A stretch of 32,000 nt of DNA from Candidatus Saccharimonadota bacterium. GTDB lineage: Archaea; Nanohalarchaeota; Nanosalinia; Nanosalinales; Nanosalinaceae. The DNA lies in assembly GCA_001761425.1 (NCBI GenBank), contig CP012986.1, positions 840,001 to 872,000 on the forward strand. The letters are read 5' to 3'. The notes under the pieces are model-generated. The model ran no database searches, had not been told where the DNA came from, and saw nothing but the letters and a program-made list of their open reading frames with translations. Made by a program: the position numbers and the translations under genes. Of this stretch, positions 15,677 through 23,423 are shown piece by piece; position 1 is the stretch's first letter; each line of letters begins with the position of its first letter.

Positions 15677-16200
15677 CAGTGAAGTGTGCCTTCCCGGACT
15701 TTGTCGTCCCAGGCGAATAATGCGTATCCGATTTCAGCAGGGGAGAAGTTTTCCTTTTCTGCGATCTCTCTGATATGCTGGATCATGACTGTGTAGTCGT
15801 CGGCGTCGAAAGTTTCTTTCCTCTCATCTACATAGCCAAGTCTTTCAAGTGAAGCCCAGACACGGGTATCGATTACTGCGTGTTTCTCTGGATCCAGAGC
15901 AGCTATAAGGCAGGATGCGGTCGGGGCCTTGAATCCTTTCAGAGAGGAGATCAGGGCTATCATGGAAAAGTCATCGTCGAGTTCCAGGACGTTTTCCGTT
16001 ACTTTCCGGCATCTTTCCTCAGAATTTTTTCTCACATGGTACGCGCTTCTAGTAGAGGATTCATAGGCGATCTCGTACAGCTGATCCTGTGTCAAATAAC
16101 CCTGTTCGCGGTAATTTTCTCCGAACTCTTCCAAGGCCTCTGGTAGAAGGCCCTGTGTCTCTGAATAGTAGTCCAGCATCTCTTCAATGTCGAAGCTCAT
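15676..16200 (-). CDS. Hypothetical protein with a helix-hairpin-helix-like segment
   Basis: 174 aa. LKGFKAPTASCLIAALDPEKHAVIDTRVW resembles the HhH-GPD pattern (GxG..tAs..L.......D.rv). Its start overlaps the stop of the HD gene by 4 nt, suggesting an operon. Confidence 0.5.
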   Translation of the reverse strand: MSFDIEEMLDYYSETQGLLPEALEEFGENYREQGYLTQDQLYEIAYESSTRSAYHVRKNSEERCRKVTENVLELDDDFSMIALISSLKGFKAPTASCLIAALDPEKHAVIDTRVWASLERLGYVDERKETFDADDYTVMIQHIREIAEKENFSPAEIGYALFAWDDKVREGTLH

Positions 16201-17351
16201 AGTTTAGTCCTCAGGACTGTGTCAGCTGCTTCCCTGACTTTTTCCACGTGTTTTTCAGGACTGTAGACTGCCATATTTACCAGCCTCCACTCCGCTTCTG
16301 TCAAGGCCTCTGGTATCGGCGAGTAATGTTTCATGTTCCGGACTCTGCCATCTTTCTTAACCTTGATATCCAGATGCTGGATCTCCGGCGTCCTGGGCCT
16401 GTCTGTGATAACTTTTTCTTCTCTGAGGCCTGCTTCTTTTGCTATCTCTTTTTCCAGTGTTTTTTCATCGATCTTTTGCTCCAGTTTTTCAAGCTGTTCC
16501 TGTGCCAGGTCGTCTATATCCCAGATAAGTGCTCTCTTGTACAGTTTCCTGTCTTTTATACGGGAGTAAATGTTTTTCGCTCTTCTTTTAGACTCCATCA
16601 GTTCGTTGTGGGCCTCATAGTCATCTAGCTTCATCATTTTTTCCACGTTATTACCTTGTTCTATGTAGCTTTCAATGCTTCTCTGAAGCATTTTTTCCGC
16701 GACCTTTGAGGCGTGATGAGTATAGACTGACTTCATCATGTGGAAGCGTGCGGTGAGAAGGCCTTCCAGGGCCTGAACTGCTTTATGGTTAAAGACAAGT
16801 CTACGTGAGTCGATCTCTGCGACCCTTATGATTGTTTCTGCGTCTATCGTTCCGTGTTCGACTCCTGTAAAGTATGCGTCTCTCTGGAGGTAATCCATAC
16901 GGTCTGCGTCAATCTCTCCTGCTACAGCCTGTCCTATCTCCAGTTCTCCGTGAATAATTTTTTCTACCCTGTCTGTATCGACAGGTATTCTGTCCTCAAG
17001 TTTCCTGACTTTTCTGCAGGAAAGTTCTTCGTGGGAAAGGCCTTTCTGCTCCGCTACTACCTCTGATGCATGGCTGAAAGGTCCGTGTCCGGAATCGTGG
17101 AGAAGGCCTGCGATCCTGAGTTCCTGTCTTCTCTCATCGTTGAGGTTAAGGCTTTCTGAAAATTTTCCTGCAAGGTACATGACGCCAAGCGAGTGCTGGA
17201 ACCTGGTGTGTGTTCCGCTGGGATATACCATGTTTGAGAGGCCTAACTGCTGGATTCTTCTGAGCCTCTGCATTTCCGGTGAGTCTACTATGCTTTGTTC
17301 TGCGTCGTTAAGATCTATGTATCCGTACAGCGGGTCTCTTACGTGTTTCAT
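16197..17351 (-). CDS. HD-domain phosphohydrolase (COG1078, SAMHD1/dGTPase-like)
   Basis: RFQHSLGV...GLLHDSGHGPFSH...DADRMDYLQRD are the canonical HD-superfamily dNTP triphosphohydrolase-like motifs. Confidence 0.85.
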   Translation of the reverse strand: MKHVRDPLYGYIDLNDAEQSIVDSPEMQRLRRIQQLGLSNMVYPSGTHTRFQHSLGVMYLAGKFSESLNLNDERRQELRIAGLLHDSGHGPFSHASEVVAEQKGLSHEELSCRKVRKLEDRIPVDTDRVEKIIHGELEIGQAVAGEIDADRMDYLQRDAYFTGVEHGTIDAETIIRVAEIDSRRLVFNHKAVQALEGLLTARFHMMKSVYTHHASKVAEKMLQRSIESYIEQGNNVEKMMKLDDYEAHNELMESKRRAKNIYSRIKDRKLYKRALIWDIDDLAQEQLEKLEQKIDEKTLEKEIAKEAGLREEKVITDRPRTPEIQHLDIKVKKDGRVRNMKHYSPIPEALTEAEWRLVNMAVYSPEKHVEKVREAADTVLRTKL

Positions 17352-17746
17352 ATTTCTTCGGCTTCTCCGTATCGATTGGCTGGGTTTTCTTTTATCTTTT
17401 CTGCGAGTTTTTCCGCGTTTTCCCTGGCTGCTTCCTGTATACGATCTTCAAAGGCCTGTTCACTTTCTTTCTGTTTTTCCACGATCAGTTTCTGGACCTT
17501 TTTCTTTTTCTCTATCTCTAAGTCCAGTACTTTCGATATGACCTCATTTACAAATCTTTGGTCTGTAGAGTCTATCAGGAGAAGGCATCCGGAGTTCCTG
17601 TCAAGAAGTTTTTCAAGTTTTAACGGTATCTCCAGTATTTCCTCTACTTTTTCTCTTTCGATCTCTCCAAAACTTTCTCTTAACTGTGCAGTTGCGTGTC
17701 TGGCCAGCTCTTTATCGCTGAGTTCTATCACTGCGACTTTATCCAC
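17348..17746 (-). CDS. Hypothetical coiled-coil protein
   Basis: 132 aa with a Lys/Glu-rich C-terminal half. It overlaps the neighbouring genes by 4 nt and 8 nt, consistent with translational coupling. Confidence 0.55.
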   Translation of the reverse strand: MDKVAVIELSDKELARHATAQLRESFGEIEREKVEEILEIPLKLEKLLDRNSGCLLLIDSTDQRFVNEVISKVLDLEIEKKKKVQKLIVEKQKESEQAFEDRIQEAARENAEKLAEKIKENPANRYGEAEEI

Positions 17747-18116
17747 TGATTTTCACCCTGTCGCCATCTTCAATGCCTAGACTGGCTCTCAGTTTTTCCG
17801 GCGCGATGATCTCTGCGACTTCATCTCCGTGATCTGCTCTGTCTATATCAAGTAATGCTGCTTCAAGGCCTTCTATCTTTACTTTGTAGAGTTCGAGGCC
17901 TCCATAGTCGTCTCCTTCGTATTCAAAGCTTTCTATTCTTTCTGCTTCTTTTTGTTCCCGGAGTTTTCTGTGTTTTTCTTTGTCTACTTCCAGGTTCAGT
18001 GTTCCGGGGAAAGGCCTGAAGCCTGTTTTTTTCTCTATTCTGTCCTTGTACGGCTTTAGGGAGAGGAATTTCTGGGCTTTTTTTGTTCCTTTTTCGACTT
18101 TTCCGGAGATTTTCAT
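17739..18116 (-). CDS. ribK: Archaeal CTP-dependent riboflavin kinase (RibK, DUF120 family)
   Basis: 125 aa. GKVEKGTKKAQKF...PFPGTLNLEV matches the MJ0056-type riboflavin kinase signature (PxxGTLN). Confidence 0.8.
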   Translation of the reverse strand: MKISGKVEKGTKKAQKFLSLKPYKDRIEKKTGFRPFPGTLNLEVDKEKHRKLREQKEAERIESFEYEGDDYGGLELYKVKIEGLEAALLDIDRADHGDEVAEIIAPEKLRASLGIEDGDRVKISG

Positions 18117-18119
18117 TTT

Positions 18120-18482
18120 CTAGGCCACGGACTGTTCTTTTTCGACGGCCTGTAAATTTTTTCTGCCCCATTCTGCCATTTCGCTGATGACTGATTCGAG
18201 GGCTTTTCCTTTCTCGGTCAGCCTGTACTTTACTCTGACAGGTTTTTCGCTTATTACTTCGCGTTCTATAAGGCCTTTTTCCTCCAGGTCATCGAGGCTT
18301 TCGGATAGTACTTTGCTGGATACTCCGTCTACTTCTTTTTTCAGGTCGTTGAATCCCATTTCTTCGATTTCGAGCAGTCTGTGGATGATTACGGGATGCC
18401 ATTTTTTGGCTATTATAGATGCTGTCGCGGAGACCGGGCACCAGTCCTCACCGGCACACCATACTCCAAGTTTTTCCGTCAT
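18120..18482 (-). CDS. HxlR-family winged-helix transcriptional regulator
   Basis: CPVSATASIIAKKWHPVIIHRLL...FNDLKKEVDGVSSKVLSESLDDLEEKGLIEREV...RVKYRLTEKG is the typical HxlR (DUF24) pattern. Confidence 0.85.
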   Translation of the reverse strand: MTEKLGVWCAGEDWCPVSATASIIAKKWHPVIIHRLLEIEEMGFNDLKKEVDGVSSKVLSESLDDLEEKGLIEREVISEKPVRVKYRLTEKGKALESVISEMAEWGRKNLQAVEKEQSVA

Positions 18483-18522
18483 AAACAGTTTTTCCGCAGG
18501 AAACCTTATGTAACTTACTGCC

Positions 18523-18537
18523 GGTAACCGGGTTACC
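18523..18537. promoter_or_regulatory. Palindrome GGTAACC-G-GGTTACC in a divergent promoter region (candidate HxlR operator)
   Basis: Perfect 7+1+7 inverted repeat between the HxlR start (18482) and the thioredoxin-like start (18602). More GGTAA-like half-sites follow (GGGGTAATAC, GGGTAAGGTC). TTTATTAAG lies about 27 nt upstream of the ATG at 18602. Confidence 0.35.
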
Positions 18538-18601
18538 TGGGGTAATACGTGAGTACTGGGTAAGGTCGTGTTTATTAAGCGGGGGAAGGCCTTTACCTGT
18601 T

Positions 18602-18868
18602 ATGACACTTTACGAGTTTTACGGAGCTTCATGTCCTCACTGTGAGGCGATGGAAGAAGATGTCGAAAAGGTCCAGGAAGAAGAGGATGTCGAGATTAAA
18701 CAGCTGGAAGTCTGGAACGACAAAGAAAACGCTGAGAAGCAGAAAAAGTTTGACGACGGGAAATGTGGCGGAGTACCGTTTTTCTATAACACGGAGACAG
18801 AGGAATGGATCTGTGGCGAAGCCAAGTATGAAACCCTGAAGGCCTGGGCGACAGGCGAAGAAGCTTAG
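18602..18868 (+). CDS. Small thioredoxin/glutaredoxin-fold protein (CPHC active site)
   Basis: 88 aa with the active site FYGASCPHCE and a later GGVPFF (cis-Pro loop). Confidence 0.8.
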   Translation: MTLYEFYGASCPHCEAMEEDVEKVQEEEDVEIKQLEVWNDKENAEKQKKFDDGKCGGVPFFYNTETEEWICGEAKYETLKAWATGEEA

Positions 18869-18883
18869 AGGAGGTGAATAATT

Positions 18884-18985
18884 TTGGGCGAAAACGAGGA
18901 TGACAAGGTCTGTCGGGCTTGTGGAACCAGTTTTGACACTGACGAAGATCTTGAGGAGCATGAGGAAGAAAACCACAGCGACTGA
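18884..18985 (+). CDS. C2H2 zinc-finger micro-protein (33 aa)
   Basis: Not in the ORF track. TTG start 6 nt after GGAGGTGA (18870-18877). Translation: MGENEDDKVCRACGTSFDTDEDLEEHEEENHSD. The spacing C-x2-C-x12-H-x4-H matches a classical C2H2 finger. The gene fits tightly between two others, with the next ATG 4 nt after its stop. Confidence 0.55.
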   Translation: MGENEDDKVCRACGTSFDTDEDLEEHEEENHSD

Positions 18986-18989
18986 GTAA

Positions 18990-19511
18990 ATGGAAAAGGA
19001 TAAACTTCTGAAGGCCTTGAGCGTTCTTGTTATAGGCCTTGCTGCGGGTTTTTTACTGAATTTTTCCCAGTCCGGTACTGTGGAAGATGGTACTGACTGG
19101 AGGAATGAGACTCTTCAGGATGTGAGTACGGGAGAAAAGTTCACTGTTTCAGGCCTTGAGAAGCCTGTTCTGGTGGAGACTTTTGCGGTCTGGTGTCCGA
19201 CCTGTACCCGTCAGCAGGAGGAGATCAAAAAGCTTCACGAGAAGGAAGGTATCAGCTCTGTCTCTCTGGACGTGGATCCGAATGAGGAGGCCTCAAAGGT
19301 TCAGAACCATGTTCAGAAGAATAATTTCACGTGGCGGTATTCTATAGCTTCTTCAGGCCTTACAAGGAAACTTGTACAGCAGTACGGTTCTTCCATGGCT
19401 AATCCTCCTTCCACTCCTGTCGTATTGGTCTGTGAAAACGGCTCGAGAAAGCTTTCCGACGGCGTTAAAACTGCTGAAAAACTGGAGCAGGAGGTAGAGA
19501 AAGGCTGTTAG
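18990..19511 (+). CDS. Membrane-anchored TlpA/ResA-like thiol-disulfide oxidoreductase
   Basis: N-terminal TM anchor (LLKALSVLVIGLAAGFLLNF) followed by a thioredoxin fold with FAVWCPTCTRQ. Confidence 0.8.
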   Translation: MEKDKLLKALSVLVIGLAAGFLLNFSQSGTVEDGTDWRNETLQDVSTGEKFTVSGLEKPVLVETFAVWCPTCTRQQEEIKKLHEKEGISSVSLDVDPNEEASKVQNHVQKNNFTWRYSIASSGLTRKLVQQYGSSMANPPSTPVVLVCENGSRKLSDGVKTAEKLEQEVEKGC

Positions 19512-19512
19512 C

Positions 19513-20184
19513 ATGATCTCGGATTTTTTAAGTTCATTCCTTCTAGGCCTTGCGACCCCTCTCACCGCAGCATGTGTGTTACCGCTTTACCCGGGCTTCA
19601 TCTCGTACCTGACAAAGCAGTTAGACGGCTCGGAATCAAGAAAAACCTACGTATTTTTCGGAGGCCTGACCACGGCAGGAGTGATCAGTTTTATGCTCGT
19701 CCTGGGCCTCGTATTCACGACCTTGATACAGGCCTCGCTGACAGCAGTAACCCAGGTAGTATCGCCGATCGCGTTTGCAGTTCTAGGCCTTCTGAGCCTT
19801 CCGATGATCGCGGGAAAAAGCTTTGACAGCTTTCTACCTTCTCTGGATGCTCCAGGATTTGAAAACCCTCTGAAAAACGCTTTTGGTTTCGGTTTTTTCT
19901 TCGGAGCGATAGTGCTGCCCTGTAATCCGGGCTACATAGCTGTCTTCCTGGCAAGAGCGACATTGTTCAGTTCGCCGATCTCAGGCCTTCTGAACTTCCT
20001 TCTTTTCGGAGTAGGTATCGGATCTCCTCTGCTCGCGTTCTCACTGATCTCTTCCAGAAAAAGCAGTGAAGTGACAGGAATCCTGAAAAAGCACGAGAAA
20101 AGGATCAACCAGGCCTCAGGCCTTTTCATGCTGTCGATAAGTCTTTATTACCTTTTCTTTGTTTTCAACCTGTTTTCTCTCTAG
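19513..20184 (+). CDS. ccdA: CcdA/DsbD-family transmembrane thiol-disulfide electron transporter
   Basis: 223 aa with about 6 TM segments. It has the two conserved Cys-Pro motifs of CcdA: ACVLPLYPGF and LPCNPGY. Confidence 0.85.
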   Translation: MISDFLSSFLLGLATPLTAACVLPLYPGFISYLTKQLDGSESRKTYVFFGGLTTAGVISFMLVLGLVFTTLIQASLTAVTQVVSPIAFAVLGLLSLPMIAGKSFDSFLPSLDAPGFENPLKNAFGFGFFFGAIVLPCNPGYIAVFLARATLFSSPISGLLNFLLFGVGIGSPLLAFSLISSRKSSEVTGILKKHEKRINQASGLFMLSISLYYLFFVFNLFSL

Positions 20185-20185
20185 T

Positions 20186-20842
20186 TTATTTCCAGACACG
20201 CTCGATGTATCCGGTTCTCCCGCTTCCACGTTTGTAGGCCCTGTACTGGTAAGTATTTTTCACTGAGTAGTTTTGTTGGGAGTCCTTCGCCCTGTAAAAG
20301 TCTGTGAAGTTTTTTACTTCGGTGACTATTTCTTCGTCGAATTTTCCGCTGTTGCTGAGGTTCTCCTTTGACTGTTTCGCCAGTCTGTACTGTCTTTCAT
20401 CGTGTGCGTAGATAGCTGTAGTGTACTGGAAGCCCCTGTCCGCGAACTGGCCTCCAGGATCCGTGGGATCGATGCTACGCCAGTAGATATCAAGTAACTC
20501 TCTGTAATCGATCAGGCTGGGGTAGTACTCGACCATAACCGCTTCCCTGTGTTCTGTTTCACCGGAGGCTACAAGCCTGTACTCCGCTGTAGAGGCCTTA
20601 CCATCGGTGAAACCGCTTACTGCTGATTCGATACCTTTTTCACCCTGGTAGACTTCCTCTATACACCAGAAACAACCTCCTGCGAACGTTGCTTTTTCCG
20701 GGGTCCTGTTCTCGACCTGTGAGCGCCATTCCTGGCTAGAACCGTTTTTATCCCCGTTTATGAACTCGGAGGCCTCCGGGGCGATAAAACCTGCGGTGAC
20801 GCCTACTAGCAGTATGAGTAGAAGAGATCTGTTGAACTCCAT
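20186..20842 (-). CDS. msrA: Peptide-methionine (S)-S-oxide reductase MsrA with N-terminal signal anchor
   Basis: GGCFWCIEEVY catalytic motif. It is preceded by a hydrophobic N-terminus (LLLILLVGVTAGFIA), which suggests an extracytoplasmic location. Confidence 0.9.
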   Translation of the reverse strand: MEFNRSLLLILLVGVTAGFIAPEASEFINGDKNGSSQEWRSQVENRTPEKATFAGGCFWCIEEVYQGEKGIESAVSGFTDGKASTAEYRLVASGETEHREAVMVEYYPSLIDYRELLDIYWRSIDPTDPGGQFADRGFQYTTAIYAHDERQYRLAKQSKENLSNSGKFDEEIVTEVKNFTDFYRAKDSQQNYSVKNTYQYRAYKRGSGRTGYIERVWK

Positions 20843-20916
20843 TTTACAGAGTTAATTTCTCACGGCATGGATTTTAAGGTGATGCTTACGGAAAAGTTAG
20901 CCGGATCTTCAGGAGC

Positions 20917-21462
20917 CTAGAGGAATCTTGGGACCTTCCTCCAGTATTCTCTGTACTCATCACCGTATTCCTGGTCCAGCCATAGCTCCTCCGAAAAAAC
21001 CATCATTATCAGCCAGAGGCCTGTGATAGAAGAAACCAGAACCGGTCGAAGGCTTCTGAGAAGTGCTACGATGCCTAAAAGTGTTATCAGGTTGCCTAGT
21101 ACCTGTGGGTTTCTGCTGTACTGGTAGAGGCCTTCATCCACGAAACTTTTGTCGAGGCCTGATGTCTGTTTGAGGCTTAGCTGTTTGATTGCCTTCAAAG
21201 TAACTAATATGCCTCCGATGATGGCTGTAATAGATATGACGGAGTTTATTGTTATTGAGAAGTTTTGAAGGCCTTTGACTGTCATGTAGGTCAGCGATAT
21301 CATGTTTGCTGTGGATAGTATCCAGTAAGTTATCCGTTTCCTGTTATTTTTTCCTGGAGGCCAGAACCTGAACTTTCTGCTGTAAACAGTTGCTGTCATC
21401 AGGCCCAGTAATAATGTTGAGCTGGTGAGGCCTGTATAAAATATGATCTGGTTTATTTCCAC
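20917..21462 (-). CDS. Membrane methyltransferase-like protein (ICMT/PEMT family)
   Basis: 181 aa and polytopic. GLYQYSRNPQVLGNL matches the G-x-Y-x-x-x-R-[HN]-P motif of isoprenylcysteine carboxyl / phospholipid methyltransferase-type proteins. GTG start. Confidence 0.65.
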   Translation of the reverse strand: MEINQIIFYTGLTSSTLLLGLMTATVYSRKFRFWPPGKNNRKRITYWILSTANMISLTYMTVKGLQNFSITINSVISITAIIGGILVTLKAIKQLSLKQTSGLDKSFVDEGLYQYSRNPQVLGNLITLLGIVALLRSLRPVLVSSITGLWLIMMVFSEELWLDQEYGDEYREYWRKVPRFL

Positions 21463-21518
21463 GTAAACATTTAGCTGTAGGGGATTTTATTTGTGGGAGG
21501 CCTTTTCTGCGAGTCTAG

Positions 21519-22157
21519 TTATGAACCGGTGTTGTTGAATAGACCGGTGTATTCTCCGTATCCCTGTTCCTCCAGCTTGTCAGCAGGTATGAACTCGAGT
21601 GCTGCACTGTTGAGGCAGTATCTGAGGCCTGTGGGCGTGTTTGGGTTTTCGAAGATGTGTCCCAGGTGGCTGTCTGCGTGTTTGCTTCTGACCTCTACTC
21701 TGTCTCCTACAGGCCCTGGATCTTTTTTCTCCACAACGTTTGAAGGTTCGAGCGGTCTGTAGAAGCTTGGCCATCCTGTCCCTGACTTGAATTTGGTCCT
21801 GCTGGAGAAAAGCGGTTCCCCGCTCACCACATCTACGTAGATGCCGGGTCTGTAGTTGTCGTAGAGTTCGTTTACGAACGGTTTTTCCGTACCCAGTTGC
21901 TGTGTCACGTAGTACTCTGTCTCTGAGAGATTTTCTATCTCTTCCTGGTAGCTTTCCTGTATCCATCTTTCATCACTCGGAGGATCTGAACTGAACCTCT
22001 CCTCCTGTACATTCAAGTCCTGAGTCCCTGTCATCCAGGCCAGACCGCTCGTAATATATCCTGAGAAAAACAGGCCTAGAAGGAGAAATGCAAGGCCTCC
22101 AAGCAAAAATCTGTTTCTCCTTTTCTTATCCATCTTGCTCACCTTCGAACTTTTCAA
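21519..22157 (-). CDS. msrB: Peptide-methionine (R)-S-oxide reductase MsrB with N-terminal membrane anchor
   Basis: GTGWPSFYRP, HLGHIF and RYCLNSAAL motifs. A KKRRNRF + TM helix at the N-terminus follows the positive-inside rule, placing the catalytic domain outside. It lacks the Zn-binding CxxC pairs. Confidence 0.9.
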   Translation of the reverse strand: MKSSKVSKMDKKRRNRFLLGGLAFLLLGLFFSGYITSGLAWMTGTQDLNVQEERFSSDPPSDERWIQESYQEEIENLSETEYYVTQQLGTEKPFVNELYDNYRPGIYVDVVSGEPLFSSRTKFKSGTGWPSFYRPLEPSNVVEKKDPGPVGDRVEVRSKHADSHLGHIFENPNTPTGLRYCLNSAALEFIPADKLEEQGYGEYTGLFNNTGS

Positions 22158-22818
22158 GTTCCATCTCCCAGTTCCATTTCCTGTGTTTCAACTTTTTTCC
22201 CTCCGGTTCGTATCCGTATTCTGATAAAAATTCTTTGACATCTTTTTTACCTCCAAAATCTCCTCTGAACCAGTAGAAAACCCTTGGAACGTACAAAACA
22301 TCTTCTTCTACCTCGACTTCCTGGTTCAGATAGTTTTCAGTCGCTTTCTCCAGCTGTGAATCAATCTGATCCGACCTGTAAAAGTTTATCGGCGGACAGG
22401 CCTTCGCACCGCAGTTCAGAGCAAAATGTATTCTCGGATCCTCTTTTTCAACCCTGAACTTTTTCTCAAAACCTGAGGCCAGAGACCTTTTCAGATAACC
22501 AAAACCGAACGAAAGCTTCGAAGATCTGAGTATACCATGCTCTATACTGTTCAAACTCAGTTTCTTGCCTGCTACCTCGATATAACGCTTCATGAAGAAC
22601 AGAGTTCTGACTCTGTACCTTGAAGGCCTTTTCTTCAGAAGTATCTGTGTGTAGGCATTGTAAATATTAAGCCAAAAAGCTTTCTTAACATTTTCAGTGT
22701 CAAGACTTCTTGAAAGCTCTGTTTCGCTCATTTCTGCGAGCTTCTTTCTTAATTCCTCTGTCTCTTCATCTTTCCCTGCCTTTTCAAGCAGTTGACGCGA
22801 TATTTTTTCCTTATTCAC
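22126..22818 (-). CDS. DUF547 domain protein
   Basis: AFWLNIYNAYT and HFALNCGAKACPPI are the hallmark DUF547 motifs. It overlaps the msrB start, suggesting an operon. GTG start. Confidence 0.8.
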   Translation of the reverse strand: MNKEKISRQLLEKAGKDEETEELRKKLAEMSETELSRSLDTENVKKAFWLNIYNAYTQILLKKRPSRYRVRTLFFMKRYIEVAGKKLSLNSIEHGILRSSKLSFGFGYLKRSLASGFEKKFRVEKEDPRIHFALNCGAKACPPINFYRSDQIDSQLEKATENYLNQEVEVEEDVLYVPRVFYWFRGDFGGKKDVKEFLSEYGYEPEGKKLKHRKWNWEMELEKFEGEQDG

Positions 22819-22983
22819 TGTCTCGAACTTTTTCCGATTTTTTCTCTTTCTGCCCAGTTTAAGCTAGTTTTCCTACCTGATTGTACTGCGGATTGGTTAA
22901 TATCTGTTTGGAGGCCTTTGTCGGTTTTCTGTGTTCTCGACGGAATTTTTGAATGAAGGATTTTTTTGGCTTTATCGTCTTTT

Positions 22984-23319
22984 CTAGGGTTTGATGTATC
23001 CGAATCCCTGGTCCTGAAGCTGTCCGAGTTCTGCTACTCCGGATGGTACGACTTCTACGCCGTCTATCAGGTCTTTTTGCTTCATTTTTGTTCCTTCTAT
23101 GGAGTTTGCACAGGCCTTCATCTGTATGTCGTGTTTTTCTATCAGTTCTGTTATTTTTTCCTCGAAACTTCCCTCTTTTTTCATCATTGTTACTGCTGAC
23201 GTGTTTGATACTGCATGTATCTCTGCTTCTGGCTCCTGTTCTCTCAGGTGTTTGATATTTCTCAGTGCTTTACGTACTTCGTTCGTCTGGATCTGGGAGA
23301 GATGAAAAGCAACTTTCAT
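22984..23319 (-). CDS. DsrE/DsrF-like (COG1416) protein
   Basis: MKVAFHL...ALRNIKHL...IHAVSN...ACANS...VVPSGVAELGQLQDQGFGYIKP matches the COG1416/DsrE-family pattern from memory. The start is taken at MKVAFHL; the ORF track extends to 23355. Confidence 0.65.
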   Translation of the reverse strand: MKVAFHLSQIQTNEVRKALRNIKHLREQEPEAEIHAVSNTSAVTMMKKEGSFEEKITELIEKHDIQMKACANSIEGTKMKQKDLIDGVEVVPSGVAELGQLQDQGFGYIKP

Positions 23320-23423
23320 GTAACCTACTTTTTCAAAGCTGCATATTAAGGCCATACTGAGTTCGAGGTAACCTGTCTATCTGAATCAGAATCTGTATAA
23401 ACCAGTCTTACGATTACTGTTTC

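Noticed and set aside
16197-17351. The HD dNTPase-like gene as an anti-viral dNTP-depletion defence system
   Set aside because: COG1078 HD proteins are broadly conserved housekeeping genes in archaea. The gene has normal AGGCCT density and sits in a tight operon with ribK, so nothing in the sequence points to a defence island.
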